From Candidatus Geothermincola primus (lineage in GTDB: Bacteria > Actinomycetota > Geothermincolia > Geothermincolales > Geothermincolaceae): DNA of 63,470 bases. The position numbers and the translations under genes are program-made. Shown here in pieces: positions 17,655 through 28,375 of this stretch. The notes under the pieces are model-generated. The model was not told the origin of the DNA and did no database searches. It saw only the letters and a list, made by a program, of their open reading frames with translations. The stretch's first letter is position 1. Each line of letters begins with the position of its first letter. The stretch covers positions 1 through 63,470 of the forward strand of contig JACVIX010000001.1 of the NCBI GenBank assembly GCA_015711725.1. Reading direction: 5' to 3'.

Positions 17655-20045
17655 ATGCGAGAGCCCTTGATATCTGCTTCCCTGGTTCTCGACGACGAGG
17701 ATAAGATCGTGGAGTTCAATGGTGATGTCTACGACTTCCTGGGCGTAGAGGGGTTGGAAATTCAGGGAAAACTTTTTCCCCAGATCGCCCCGGATATATA
17801 CAGGATATTGCAGCGATTGATATCTAAGGGTAAGAGGGGGAGAGGGGTCGAGGGTTATGCCCTCTCTTTAAAGATAGGAAAGAGGCTTTTAGGGGTGAAG
17901 GTCTCGGTAATTCCCTACCCGCTGCCAGCTTTGGGCAAGAACGGTATCCTGATCTCCATGGCCACTATGGAAGAGCGCTCAGTCCCTCCAGCCTTTACAC
18001 GGAAGGAAGCATCTGAACCATCGCCTTTGACTGGAGAGACGGGAGAGCGAGAGGCTGTTATCGCAGACGGCATCCCTTATATAGGAGACCCTCTTGTCCT
18101 GATCAACCGGAGGGGCGAGATAGAATACGCTAATCACGCTTTATTACGATTGCTCAACTACTCCATGGAGGAGCTTAAGGGTCTCCCTTTTTATTCGCTT
18201 CTTTTCAAGGGGGAATCGAGGAAAACAGTAGAACAAGTCATGGAAACGGCGCATCTGGCTCCCTGGAGAGGCGAAGTTACGCTCCAGGATAGAGAGGGCA
18301 ACGAGGTTATCTTGTGTTTTACCTTTAACGCTTTTCGAGATAGAGAGGGAAGCCTGAGCATTCTGGGTATCGCTAAAGATTTCACCGAGCTGCGTAAGAT
18401 GTGGAACAAGAAGGAATATGAGGCCAACAGGTTATGGGAGATGATGGAAAAGGCGGGGGTGGCCATGTTCTCATTTACCCCCGATCAGCGTATAACTTTC
18501 TGGAATAAGCAAGCTGAAAAGTTATTATCTCTTACCTTGGACCGTGCCATTGGAATGAGCGTTGGGGAGATTTTCGGGGAGATGGCCGAAAAAGAGTTTT
18601 CCTCTTTAACAAGGGAAGCTTCCCGTTTGGCAAAAACGGTTGAAAGAGTGATCTCATTAACTTTCAAAAAGGACGCTCGGCAGATCTTCCGATTTAAAGT
18701 AAGCAGTTTGGATAGTAATGAATCCCTCTCCCAAGAGTATATCTGCTGCGTGGAGGATATTACCGAATATAAGGACAGGGAGTTGGCGGTTTTAAGGAAA
18801 GAGATAGCCTGGGAATTGATGTTGAACTTGGCTTCGCTCGCGCGTACTGGAAAGAGGTTGGAGGATTATCTTTATGAGAGTTTATGCGAAGTAATGAAAG
18901 CCCTCGAGGCTCGGGCGGGGGGGGTTTATATATTTGAAGGGGGATATGCGATCCTGAAGGCCCATCACGGAATCTCAGAGAACTTCCTTCGGAAAGCTGA
19001 GCGCTGGAGGATACGGCCTACCCGGCTAGAAATTTTTAGGGAGAGCCCGGGCGTGATTATAGACATCGAGGCGAATGGCGGCGTCGGTGGTTTGGATGTT
19101 CTCAAACCTGTATTGCGAGATTGGGATTCTATGATGGGTGCCATAATAGAAGATGGGTTGCTCTTAAATTATATCTTGCCTATTGTTACCAGAGAGAAGA
19201 CCTTAGGCGTGGTTGTTTTGGGTAACTATAAACGAGAGCGCCTAGATGAAATAGGGCTAGATTCTATGGCCAACTTGGGAAGTATCCTGGGCATGGGTGC
19301 CGAGAAAGCGCTGCTTTCCGAAGAGATGGAAAGGGAGCTTCAGTTAGCCAGGCGCATAATAACAATGAAGGACGATTACATTAGGCTGGTCTCCCATGAG
19401 ATGGGAACGCCCCTGACCTATATCCATGGCTATGCGGAAATGCTCAAGGAAGGTGTGTCCCAGATGGACGCCGAATCGGTTCAGGATAAGTTGAAAAGCG
19501 TTATTTTAGGTTGCGAACGCTTGATGCATATCAGAGAAAGTCTACAGCGTTCCTTGCAGCTGGAGCGGGGAAAGTTGAGCGGGACGGTGGAAACGGTTGA
19601 GCCCGAGCGTTTTTTCCGGGAAACTCTGGCTAAGCAAGATTTTCTCAAAGATCGTTTGATCGAAATCGACTTTCCGCAAAATATCCCTTCTTTTAAGGTG
19701 GATAGTTTCCTGCTGGGCGAAGCGCTATATCAGTTGCTCTATAATGCGGAAAGGATGTCCCCCCCTGGCGAAAAGATCGTGATTAGGGGGGAAGAAGAAG
19801 CCGATGAGGTCGTTTTCCACATAGAGTATAAGTCGGTGGAGGAAAGTGTAATAGTACAAGAACGTCTCTTCCGAGACGAGGAAGAAGAAACCGCCACGGA
19901 GATAGAAGCCAACATGAGCTTAGATACTTACTTGGTGAAACATTTTCTGGAAAAGTTGGGGGGAAGAATTGAGATAAAGACGGAACCAGCGTCAGGTACA
20001 GTGATAACGTTGCGTCTGCCTATCGGAGGCATGGAGGAGAAATGA
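17655..20045 (+). CDS. PAS/GAF sensor with HisKA and degenerate HATPase domain
   Basis: Three PAS-like repeats, GAF, H-box SHEMGTPL, N-box remnant LLYNA; G1 and G2 boxes absent. Confidence 0.75.
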   Translation: MREPLISASLVLDDEDKIVEFNGDVYDFLGVEGLEIQGKLFPQIAPDIYRILQRLISKGKRGRGVEGYALSLKIGKRLLGVKVSVIPYPLPALGKNGILISMATMEERSVPPAFTRKEASEPSPLTGETGEREAVIADGIPYIGDPLVLINRRGEIEYANHALLRLLNYSMEELKGLPFYSLLFKGESRKTVEQVMETAHLAPWRGEVTLQDREGNEVILCFTFNAFRDREGSLSILGIAKDFTELRKMWNKKEYEANRLWEMMEKAGVAMFSFTPDQRITFWNKQAEKLLSLTLDRAIGMSVGEIFGEMAEKEFSSLTREASRLAKTVERVISLTFKKDARQIFRFKVSSLDSNESLSQEYICCVEDITEYKDRELAVLRKEIAWELMLNLASLARTGKRLEDYLYESLCEVMKALEARAGGVYIFEGGYAILKAHHGISENFLRKAERWRIRPTRLEIFRESPGVIIDIEANGGVGGLDVLKPVLRDWDSMMGAIIEDGLLLNYILPIVTREKTLGVVVLGNYKRERLDEIGLDSMANLGSILGMGAEKALLSEEMERELQLARRIITMKDDYIRLVSHEMGTPLTYIHGYAEMLKEGVSQMDAESVQDKLKSVILGCERLMHIRESLQRSLQLERGKLSGTVETVEPERFFRETLAKQDFLKDRLIEIDFPQNIPSFKVDSFLLGEALYQLLYNAERMSPPGEKIVIRGEEEADEVVFHIEYKSVEESVIVQERLFRDEEEETATEIEANMSLDTYLVKHFLEKLGGRIEIKTEPASGTVITLRLPIGGMEEK

Positions 20046-20707
20046 ACGAGATTGCCCTTAAAATGTTGGGGATATCCGGAAGTCCCATCGAAGGTGGGAA
20101 TGTTGAGACCCTTCTAAAGGACGCTATTTCTAGCCAGCAAGATGATTCCGGATTGAGTTGGGAGATAGTAAGGCTTTCAGAATTGAATATAGGCGATTGC
20201 CGTCAGTGTAACTGGTGTTTAAAGAAGCAAACCCCTGATAGGTACTGTGGCCTGGAGGATGATATGCAGAACCTCTATCCAAAAATAGACGAGGCCGACA
20301 TCATCATCCTGGCTACCCCTGTATATTTCGGACGCCTTTCGGGATACTTGGCGACTATGATCGACCGTTTACGCGTATACATACATGGCAATATTTCCAG
20401 AGGAATGCTGCGCAACAAGGTAGGTGCTTCCATAGTGGTGGCTTGGTTTCGCTTGGGTGGATGGGAGACGGCGATAGCCACGCTTAACCAGTTTTTCTTT
20501 TCCGTGAACATGGTAATTGCTGCGCCTGATTTGGGGCTGTCAGGCGCCGCCGCTTTCTCTTCCCTGGAGGGCGCAGGGAAGAGGTTGGGTAATGACCGAC
20601 TGCTAGTCTTGAAGGACGATTTAGGCGTGGCCTCGGCACGCTCTGCGGTGGCCCGGGCGATGGAGTTGAGCCGTTTGCTGAAGGTTGGCCAGGCGCAAAA
20701 GGGATAG
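20042..20707 (+). CDS. Iron-sulfur flavoprotein / NADPH-dependent FMN reductase family
   Basis: GISGSP, CRQCNWC...C, ATPVYFG; ATGA overlap with the kinase gene. Confidence 0.85.
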   Translation: MNEIALKMLGISGSPIEGGNVETLLKDAISSQQDDSGLSWEIVRLSELNIGDCRQCNWCLKKQTPDRYCGLEDDMQNLYPKIDEADIIILATPVYFGRLSGYLATMIDRLRVYIHGNISRGMLRNKVGASIVVAWFRLGGWETAIATLNQFFFSVNMVIAAPDLGLSGAAAFSSLEGAGKRLGNDRLLVLKDDLGVASARSAVARAMELSRLLKVGQAQKG

Positions 20708-20867
20708 TTGTGGTGTTGCTCTGTTTAATTTGAATTTGTGGCTATTTACATAACTGGCACTATCTCTTGCCATCTAGCCGAGAGATTCCATTCCGGGGAT
20801 GAGTCAGGGAAATCGCAACGATCTGCCCATTTATTATTTTCATGGAGACCCAAATTATAAATAAATA

Positions 20868-22706
20868 TTGGGAATTAAAAATACCATGGAATATAAGTTG
20901 GGTATTCTCCATAAAACCTATCCCAAGAAAAAGGTTTATAATTTAAAATTAAATACAGTCGGACGGTTTAAGCGAGACAAAGAGGCATGGATATTGTCTA
21001 AAACAGATGATTTAGGAAGGATCTTCCAAGGATTATTTAGTTGCTTCGAGCTCTCAACTGGGGTAGAGGACCTCATAGATAATTCCCTGCGGCTAATGGT
21101 GCAGGAATTGGATTACGATTATGGTTTGATTATCCCTTCGGACAAGCTCACCAAAAAAATTGCCCAATTTTCTCAAATCATGATGGAGCAAGAGGTAGTA
21201 AAAAAATTAAGGGAATCTAATGAGCTGAGAGAAGATTTACTGCTCCTGGGGGAGGCGTTGGATAGGGTTAAAGCGTTTGATGAGCTAGAAACTGTTTTCA
21301 CCCCCAGACGAGTTGAGAGTCTTCGGCAGAGATTATTTCATGGAAAAACGGTAAAATGCACTCTTGCCCCTTTAAAGGCTTTGGATGAATATCTGGGGTT
21401 GCTCCTCCTGGTTAAGGAGGGTCAAGGCGTCGAGTTGCCGGAGCCAATTCTTCTCCATTTGGATATTTTCACCCGCCAATTGGGAAGGGAGTTAGTCTTC
21501 CGAAAAATCGAGGCAGAAAGGATACTTTCGTTTAAGAAAGAGGACGCGATCTTAGCGGCATGGAAACTGATGACGTCGGAGTTGGATTTGGAGAAAGTAA
21601 TGGCCAACGTGGTGGACATTTCGAGCCGATTAGTGGGCGTGTCTCGAGTGGCGGTGTTCTTAATAGACAAGCAGGGCGAGTATCTGGAATTGATCAATAC
21701 AACCCATCCAGAGGATGAAGCGGTGCTTGCACTAACCAAGATAAACTTGAGAGATGTGAAGAGCAAGGTGGGGAAAGCGCTACTGCATGAGGGGAAGGCG
21801 TCATATCTAATCGACGCTAAAAACAATCACAGGGGTCCTGTGGAGCTGAACCGCGCATTCAACGTCTGCTCAATTCTGGTGGTTCCTATAATCTCTCCCC
21901 ATGGGGGGACGATTGGCGCCATTTTCATGGATGAGCCTGGGGAAAAGCACCTCTTTACCGATGAGGATCTGCGGGTTATGGAGAAGGTGGCAAGTTTCGC
22001 CGCCATAGCTATAGAAAACGCCAAACTTTACCGAGAGAGCGAAACGCAAAGGGAGCGCCTCTCCGAGTTGATGTTGCGCTTGGCACAGGCTCATGAGGAG
22101 GAAAGGGCGCGTATCTCCAGGGAATTACATGATTCTGTAGGTTCTTCCCTGCTGGACATCATCTATCGCGCGGAGTTGATCACGGAAATGGCTGCTGGAA
22201 AAGAGATAAAGGATGGATTAAGGGCAATATTGCAGGCGGCTCGCTCCACCATAGCGGAATTGCGGGTTATAATATCCGATATTCGTCCTTCTTCCCTGGA
22301 ATCGATGGGGCTAGTCAGAGCCATCCAGGCTCTTTTGGATCGTTGTTCTATCAGTTATGGGGTGGAGATAGAGAGGGATATAGACGAGGAGCTAGAGTTA
22401 GATGAACTCCGCGAGAGATTCATCTTCCGGGTGGTCCAGGAGGCCTTTTCCAACATACACCGCCATTCCATGGCTACCCGTGCTCGGTTGGTCCTTAAAA
22501 AGGATGATCATGCCGTCCTCCTGGTAGTGGATGACAACGGAAAGGGATTTGATATGGAAGAAGTATCGGCGAAGGGAGGCATGGGCCTTATCCATATGCA
22601 AGAGCGGGCGGAGATCATGAGAGGTTCTTTCCAAGTGGAGAGTGGGCGGGGGAAGGGAACTCGCATTACCATGAAAATACCCCTCTTTCGTGATGATGGT
22701 AAGTGA
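20868..22706 (+). CDS. GAF-domain sensor histidine kinase (HisKA_3, NarX/UhpB type)
   Basis: EERARISRELHD, QEAFSNIHRH, DDNGKGF, GMGL; true start uncertain, possibly TTG near 20994. Confidence 0.85.
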   Translation: MGIKNTMEYKLGILHKTYPKKKVYNLKLNTVGRFKRDKEAWILSKTDDLGRIFQGLFSCFELSTGVEDLIDNSLRLMVQELDYDYGLIIPSDKLTKKIAQFSQIMMEQEVVKKLRESNELREDLLLLGEALDRVKAFDELETVFTPRRVESLRQRLFHGKTVKCTLAPLKALDEYLGLLLLVKEGQGVELPEPILLHLDIFTRQLGRELVFRKIEAERILSFKKEDAILAAWKLMTSELDLEKVMANVVDISSRLVGVSRVAVFLIDKQGEYLELINTTHPEDEAVLALTKINLRDVKSKVGKALLHEGKASYLIDAKNNHRGPVELNRAFNVCSILVVPIISPHGGTIGAIFMDEPGEKHLFTDEDLRVMEKVASFAAIAIENAKLYRESETQRERLSELMLRLAQAHEEERARISRELHDSVGSSLLDIIYRAELITEMAAGKEIKDGLRAILQAARSTIAELRVIISDIRPSSLESMGLVRAIQALLDRCSISYGVEIERDIDEELELDELRERFIFRVVQEAFSNIHRHSMATRARLVLKKDDHAVLLVVDDNGKGFDMEEVSAKGGMGLIHMQERAEIMRGSFQVESGRGKGTRITMKIPLFRDDGK

Positions 22707-23098
22707 ACTAGAAAATTAGTTGGAAAACCACGCTTTTTGCGGTATTGTGAATGTTTCAAGATTTCCCTAAATGCGGCGAATGCGGCTTCTAAATGAACAA
22801 TGTGTCAATTTTTCTTATTCTTCCTTGGAATTATTATTGAAGCGCTTGAGCATTCAACCATAGCTAGTGGGAAAGAAGAAAGATCTAGATAGACGTCGGC
22901 AGGCGACAGTTAAAAAGCCTCCTATACTTGATGCGAATTGGATTGTGCCAAGATAGGTTTTTGAGATGGTTAGAGCTGACCAAGAGGGTTAGTTGAGGCA
23001 AAGGTTTTTAGAGACACCGCTTGTGTCCATCTTCCCGTCTCATTTGAGATCATAACATAATGCCTTTCCTCTCACTGTCATTGGGGAGGTTAGGGAAA

Positions 23099-23137
23099 CC
23101 GCGCTCTAGATAAGGGCTTGCCCAAATCTATGCGCGG
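23099..23137 (-). terminator. Hairpin, probable terminator of the desaturase-like gene
   Basis: CCGCGC..TAGAT..GGGC/GCCC..ATCTA..GCGCGG stem, short T run on the minus strand. Confidence 0.45.
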
Positions 23138-23175
23138 TCTAAAATTACTTTATGTAAAATATTTTATACAACGAA

Positions 23176-24672
23176 TTATTTAAGCTTTTTCCGGATAAGC
23201 CTGCCTAGAGCCCTGAGCCCAAATAGTCCCGCGAGTACAGTATTCACATAGAAGATGGGCTTGATCAAGGGCACTAAGCCTTGTTGAGGCTTAAACTCGA
23301 CGTTGAGAGATATTGATTTGCCCAGCTTGTCCTGTGCGATCAACTCCGCGCAGTGGTTGGATGTCCAGATGGCGGCCTCCATTCCACCGGAGCTCACATG
23401 GGTCTTGGTGTAATCTCCGGTAAGATAAAGATTCTCGTAGGGTGAGCGCTGGTAGGGTCGGTGTTTCTCCATCCCGGGATAGGGACGGTACACTCCTTGT
23501 CTCTCCCTGACCACTCGATATTTGCGCACCTCGGCTTCTCTGGCGGAAGGGAAAAGTCTCCTTATATCCGCCAAAGCTTTTTCATAAATAATCTCGTCCG
23601 GCAGGTGCACTAAATGGTCGGCGGGCGAAAGCACCATCTCGAACATGGAGCCTCCCTTGAAGACATGGGGTAGGACGTTGGAGAGATCGGCGTAGGTATT
23701 GAAGACGCAATTGTTGGAGAAGAAAGTCACGTCCACTTCGGTAAGCTTACGGTCGAACCACACCTGAAGTGATAGGGATGGTGCCACGCTGAAGTAAGAG
23801 AGGTCCTGAAAGTATTCATAACGAAAAGCTTCCGGAGGAAGAACCTTGCGCAACGAGTAAGGGCTGATGGCGGAGACATAAAGGTCCGCGGTTCTCTCCT
23901 CCTCTCCATTGATAACGATTTTACCCACGCGGTTGCCCTCCAGCTCGATGGACGTGACTTGTTTGCCCAGCTCGCATTTACCTCCCTTACCTTCTATATA
24001 TTCGATGCACCTGCCTACCCAGATCTCGCCTAAACCCCCGTTGGCGAAACCAACACGAGAGGTCTCATGGGCGGCGCCGACTTTTTTGAACCAGTTAATC
24101 ATTACTTTTGCGGATACCATCCAGGATGGGGTGAAAGTGAGGCCGTTGATTCCCGGCTCCATGGGGAGGAAGGAATCCTTGGGAGCTCGCCTCACCAGCC
24201 ACTGCCCGAAAGTGATTTCGTCCAGCTGGTTCAACTTTTCCTCAGAGTATAGTATGGAGGTTCCCATACCCAACGCGGTGAAGAAAAGTTTCCACTTTGG
24301 TAGCCCTTCGTAGGCTTTGACCAGGGAGTTGAAAGCCGCAGCGGCATGGAGGGGTGCGGGAAGATTGGCGAAGCGCAGTACCGCTTCCTTTCCCCCGTCC
24401 TGCATATAGTAGAATTCAGTATTTTTCCAGATAATGTTCTCGTAGATACCCATCTTTTTGAAGAAATTGATGAGATTCACGTAATAAGGAAAGAAGACAT
24501 GAAGAGCGTTGTCGATCATGTCTCCGTCCTCATCAAGCCAGGAGCTAGCCCTCCCTCCGAAAATCTCGTCCGCCTCGATCAATTCCACCTCTATCCCCAG
24601 ATCAAGCAGATTGATGGCGGTGGCGAGGCCCGCCATTCCTCCTCCCATTATGAGAGCCTTCATTCTTGTCAC
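23176..24672 (-). CDS. FAD-dependent oxidoreductase, phytoene/zeta-carotene desaturase or HpnE-like
   Basis: GGGMAGL, GGRASSW, LHVFFPYY, GDYT...GGMEAA. Confidence 0.8.
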   Translation of the reverse strand: MTRMKALIMGGGMAGLATAINLLDLGIEVELIEADEIFGGRASSWLDEDGDMIDNALHVFFPYYVNLINFFKKMGIYENIIWKNTEFYYMQDGGKEAVLRFANLPAPLHAAAAFNSLVKAYEGLPKWKLFFTALGMGTSILYSEEKLNQLDEITFGQWLVRRAPKDSFLPMEPGINGLTFTPSWMVSAKVMINWFKKVGAAHETSRVGFANGGLGEIWVGRCIEYIEGKGGKCELGKQVTSIELEGNRVGKIVINGEEERTADLYVSAISPYSLRKVLPPEAFRYEYFQDLSYFSVAPSLSLQVWFDRKLTEVDVTFFSNNCVFNTYADLSNVLPHVFKGGSMFEMVLSPADHLVHLPDEIIYEKALADIRRLFPSAREAEVRKYRVVRERQGVYRPYPGMEKHRPYQRSPYENLYLTGDYTKTHVSSGGMEAAIWTSNHCAELIAQDKLGKSISLNVEFKPQQGLVPLIKPIFYVNTVLAGLFGLRALGRLIRKKLK

Positions 24673-25277
24673 TCCTTTCTCTTTCTGGATAGGTCTTTTA
24701 AGGATATGTCTTTTAAGATGCCTTCTACTGCGATAAGAGCTTTTTCCTCAGTCAGGATGTCCTTTAACTCTAGAAGGGACGCGAAATTTAGGGTTATCCC
24801 CAGCGATAGGATCATCCAGGCGGTTAGGGAGACATCGATGTCTTCCCGTATCGCACCTTCCTGGATGCCCTCACATAGGAGCGCCTCTATTATTCCCAGG
24901 AACTCCAGGAATTTCTTCTGAAGGGCCTTTTTCAGCTCCTGATCTCGAGAAGCGCTTAACACCTCAAAAAGAACCATCGTCTCTTCTGGATGATTCATCA
25001 CGAAATCGTAGAGTGCTTTACTCATCTTATACAGGCGGTCCACTAGATCGCTGCCAGCTTCTCCAGCGGAGTATAAAAGTCCCAGGAGCCGCGAGCTGAC
25101 GCGCTCCAGTGAGGCTAGGATGATTTCCCCCTTGCTGCCGAAGTGGCGATAGAGTGCAGGCTCGGAGATACCTACCTCCTGGGAAATGCGGGCGATAGTG
25201 GTACCTGAGAGCCCGTGACGAGAAAGCAGATTAATGGTGGTATCGATAATCTGTTCTCTTCTTTCTCCTCTTTTCAT
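24669..25277 (-). CDS. TetR/AcrR family transcriptional regulator
   Basis: HTH TTIARISQEVGISEPALYRHFGSK; ATGA overlap with the downstream gene. Confidence 0.9.
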   Translation of the reverse strand: MKRGERREQIIDTTINLLSRHGLSGTTIARISQEVGISEPALYRHFGSKGEIILASLERVSSRLLGLLYSAGEAGSDLVDRLYKMSKALYDFVMNHPEETMVLFEVLSASRDQELKKALQKKFLEFLGIIEALLCEGIQEGAIREDIDVSLTAWMILSLGITLNFASLLELKDILTEEKALIAVEGILKDISLKDLSRKRKE

Positions 25278-25310
25278 CTTCCTAGGTAGTGGTCATACGG
25301 CTTTTAGTTA

Positions 25311-25354
25311 GTTAGTATTAACTAACATTATAATCGACGGAGACGGTTTGTCAA
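25311..25354 (-). promoter_or_regulatory. Consensus sigma70 promoter plus probable TetR operator
   Basis: Minus-strand TTGACA(25354-25349)-N16-TATAAT(25332-25327); palindrome GTTAGT-ATTA-ACTAAC at 25311-25326 over the predicted start site. Confidence 0.75.
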
Positions 25355-25689
25355 GAGAGGAAGAAGTGAAGCAAATTGACGAAATGTTAAATAATCCATA
25401 GTTAGTGATGAAGCCTGTTTAGCCCTGCGCGATCGACTCATATATGGGATTATATGCTACATCGCGAGGGGGATATAAGTTTCACACGAAAGGCGGGATG
25501 CTTTCACCCTTCATCGAAGTAAAGGAAGCAGGGAAATGAGACGAAAATTTATATGAAAATTAATAAACCTGGAGTTTATGAGGATTTAGAAAACTTTTGT
25601 GCACTATTGTTGAATTATTAAATATATTTATAGTATAGTTAATTTATGTTAAAAATGTTTTATGTGTAAAGTTACGTGAAAGTAAAGTT

Positions 25690-28071
25690 ATGAAGATACA
25701 CTTATGTAGGTCGATAGCTTTAATAATCTCGTCCCTCTTGCTAATGAGCCTTTTGATGGTTGATTCCTCACATGTCCAAGCTGCCTTTACGGACATTTAT
25801 ATAGAGCCAGCTGCTATACAGCAGGCTATAGAATACGCGTGTTCCCGCGGTTATTTGGAGGGGAATCCCGATGGGACGTTCAAGCCCAGAGAATGGATTT
25901 CTAGAATCGATGCGGCTCGAGCGTTGGTAATGGTTTTTGGCCACGGGCAGGAGCAACCGGACCCCAACATTCATTTTCCGGACCTGCCTGACGAAGATGC
26001 CAGATTCCGCTGGGCTAACTTGGCGGTCAAGCACGCTTTAATGGACAGGCTTCCGGATGGAAGGTTTCTTCCCGAAGTGACGATATCGCTGGAGAGGCTA
26101 GCTATAGGCATTACCCATGGTTTAGGGCTGGATAGCGTGGCCACCAATATCCAGCGCATTGTTCCTCAAGCTCCATATTATGGAGGTTTCATGGTAGTGT
26201 TCATGGGACTACGTTTGAAGTATTACGAAAGGAACTACGCTTTTTCGGTGAAAATCTGGCCAACCGGAGGTTACCCACGGGGCAACATGGCTTATACTCT
26301 ACAAAGGATCGATTACCTTGAATCGTGGCGGAGAAATTACCTAATCTCCACTTTCACAGAAGAGAGATGTCAACCGCCTCAAGCCAATGCTGGTCAACAG
26401 ACCGCGCTCAACTACGGATTTGAACGGTTGGGTTCCCCCTATTTGTATGGAGGAGAATCGGAGGCGGAAGGTGGTTTTGACTGCTCGGGTTTCGTCTACA
26501 ATACCTTGAGCATGCGCATGGGTTATCCCATGAAAAGGGTGGCGGATGACCAAGCCCGGGACGAAAATTATCTTTCTATCAACCGAGCTTACCTCAAACC
26601 AGGTGACGCTATTTTTTTCTATGATGAGGCGGGAGGAGGCTCCACGGGACATGTTGGCCATGCGGGTATGTATGTGGGTAACGGAATTTTCATCCATTCC
26701 GCGGGTTCCAATGGAGGCGTGAGCCTGGATTGCCTGGACACCTCCAGTTATTACAGCACTCATCTGGCTTGGGGAAGGAGGGTGGTTGGCGGTCCCTATC
26801 GCGATCGATTCGAGGAATATCTCCTTTTATTCAACCCGGATGCCTCGTCCGCCAGTGTGCAGGTCCAATATATAAGCAAAAAAGAACCCCCATTCACCAG
26901 GACTTACACCGTCGCTCCTCGCAGCAGGTATACAATACGCGTTGACGACCAGGTTGATTACGACGAAGTATCTCTTAAGGTTACCGCGGACCGGGACATA
27001 GTGGCGGAGCGCGCCATGTACTATAGTTATATGGGAAAGATGCCTGGAGGCGAAGCTTCGCCAGGGGTCTCCATTCCCAGCCTTTCCTGGTATTTCTCCG
27101 AGGGGTACACTGTAGGGAGCTTCGATACCTGGCTTTTACTCTTTAATCCCTCGGATTCCGCGGCCCAAGTAAGGTGCCGTTATCTTCTAGAATCAAGTAA
27201 GGTAATCGAGCAGAATTACATGGTGTCTCCTGGAAGTAGAACCACCATCTCAGTGGACGGAGTGCCGGGAATGGAGGGGACGGGCGTTGCATTGCAGGTC
27301 GAGTCCACCAACGGGGTGGGAATCGTTGCCGAGCGAGTGATGTACTTCGACTATATGGGAAATAAAGGGGGTAGCGGAGGGATAGGGGTGAATGCACCGG
27401 CGGGGAAATGGTATCTGGCTGAGGGCTATACCGGCAGTGGGTTCGACACCTATCTCACATTGGCCAATCCATCTGAGGATCTCGCCAGAGTGCAGGCGGA
27501 TTTCCTGTTGGAAGGCCGCGATAGGGTCACCGAATATTTTGATGTCGCGCCCCATTCCAGGTTGACCGTGAAGGTAAATGAGATAGTGCCAAAAGCAAAT
27601 GTGGCTGTGGAAGTGGGGTCGCTCAATGGGGTAGGAATTGTGGCGGAGAGGGTCATGTACTTCAACTATGGCGGAAAGAGAGGGGGCCATGCCAGTGCCG
27701 GCGCCTCCACGCTATCCAGTGACTGGTTTTTCGCAGAGGGATACACCGGGGGCAGTTTCGATAATTATTTGGTTCTAGCCAATCCTTGGGAGGAACAGAC
27801 CGGGGTGGTCTGCAGGTTTTTCCGGGATGATGGGGTAATGGTGGAAAGAAATTATAGGGTGGCGCCGCAAAGTCGCTTCACCATAAAAGTGGATGACATC
27901 GGCGGCTTGGAGTCCGCCGCCTACGCTATCCGTGTGTCTTCCGACCGGCCGGTTATAGCGGAACGCGCCTCCTATTTCTCTTATCGAGGATGGGATGGGG
28001 GAAGCGATGCTAAGGGCGTGGCCGCTCCTCGACGAGAATGGTATTTCGCGGAGGGATACACAGGGGGCTAG
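25690..28071 (+). CDS. Secreted SLH + NlpC/P60 peptidoglycan endopeptidase with four DUF5719-type repeats
   Basis: Signal peptide, SLH-like GNPDGTFKP..ISR, GSPYLYGG..FDCSG..HAGMY..FIHS, four repeats. Confidence 0.85.
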   Translation: MKIHLCRSIALIISSLLLMSLLMVDSSHVQAAFTDIYIEPAAIQQAIEYACSRGYLEGNPDGTFKPREWISRIDAARALVMVFGHGQEQPDPNIHFPDLPDEDARFRWANLAVKHALMDRLPDGRFLPEVTISLERLAIGITHGLGLDSVATNIQRIVPQAPYYGGFMVVFMGLRLKYYERNYAFSVKIWPTGGYPRGNMAYTLQRIDYLESWRRNYLISTFTEERCQPPQANAGQQTALNYGFERLGSPYLYGGESEAEGGFDCSGFVYNTLSMRMGYPMKRVADDQARDENYLSINRAYLKPGDAIFFYDEAGGGSTGHVGHAGMYVGNGIFIHSAGSNGGVSLDCLDTSSYYSTHLAWGRRVVGGPYRDRFEEYLLLFNPDASSASVQVQYISKKEPPFTRTYTVAPRSRYTIRVDDQVDYDEVSLKVTADRDIVAERAMYYSYMGKMPGGEASPGVSIPSLSWYFSEGYTVGSFDTWLLLFNPSDSAAQVRCRYLLESSKVIEQNYMVSPGSRTTISVDGVPGMEGTGVALQVESTNGVGIVAERVMYFDYMGNKGGSGGIGVNAPAGKWYLAEGYTGSGFDTYLTLANPSEDLARVQADFLLEGRDRVTEYFDVAPHSRLTVKVNEIVPKANVAVEVGSLNGVGIVAERVMYFNYGGKRGGHASAGASTLSSDWFFAEGYTGGSFDNYLVLANPWEEQTGVVCRFFRDDGVMVERNYRVAPQSRFTIKVDDIGGLESAAYAIRVSSDRPVIAERASYFSYRGWDGGSDAKGVAAPRREWYFAEGYTGG

Positions 28072-28360
28072 AAAGAACGCGAGGGAAAAGGATAAAGGAT
28101 AAGGTTGATATATACGGATATATATGCGGATGAGGAGGAGTCACGCCCGCTTTCCTCCTCATTCTCCAGGTCCGAAATATTCCGAGCAGGTCTAAAACCT
28201 CAAATCGCGCCGTCTGATTTAACAGGTTTCGCGTGCGCTAAATCCGTTTTTAATAGTTTATTAGGTTACAATACGTCGTTGTGGGGTACAATTTAAATCG
28301 GTTGGTTTAAGGAAGATCGGTTTGGTGAAAGGACGTGAGCCACATTGAAGCGGTAATATT

Positions 28361-28375
28361 TGATAATAAATATCG
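28361..28375. promoter_or_regulatory. Fur/PerR-like 7-1-7 box
   Basis: TGATAAT-A-AATATCG, two mismatches to TGATAAT-N-ATTATCA, upstream of rubredoxin-rubrerythrin. Confidence 0.5.
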
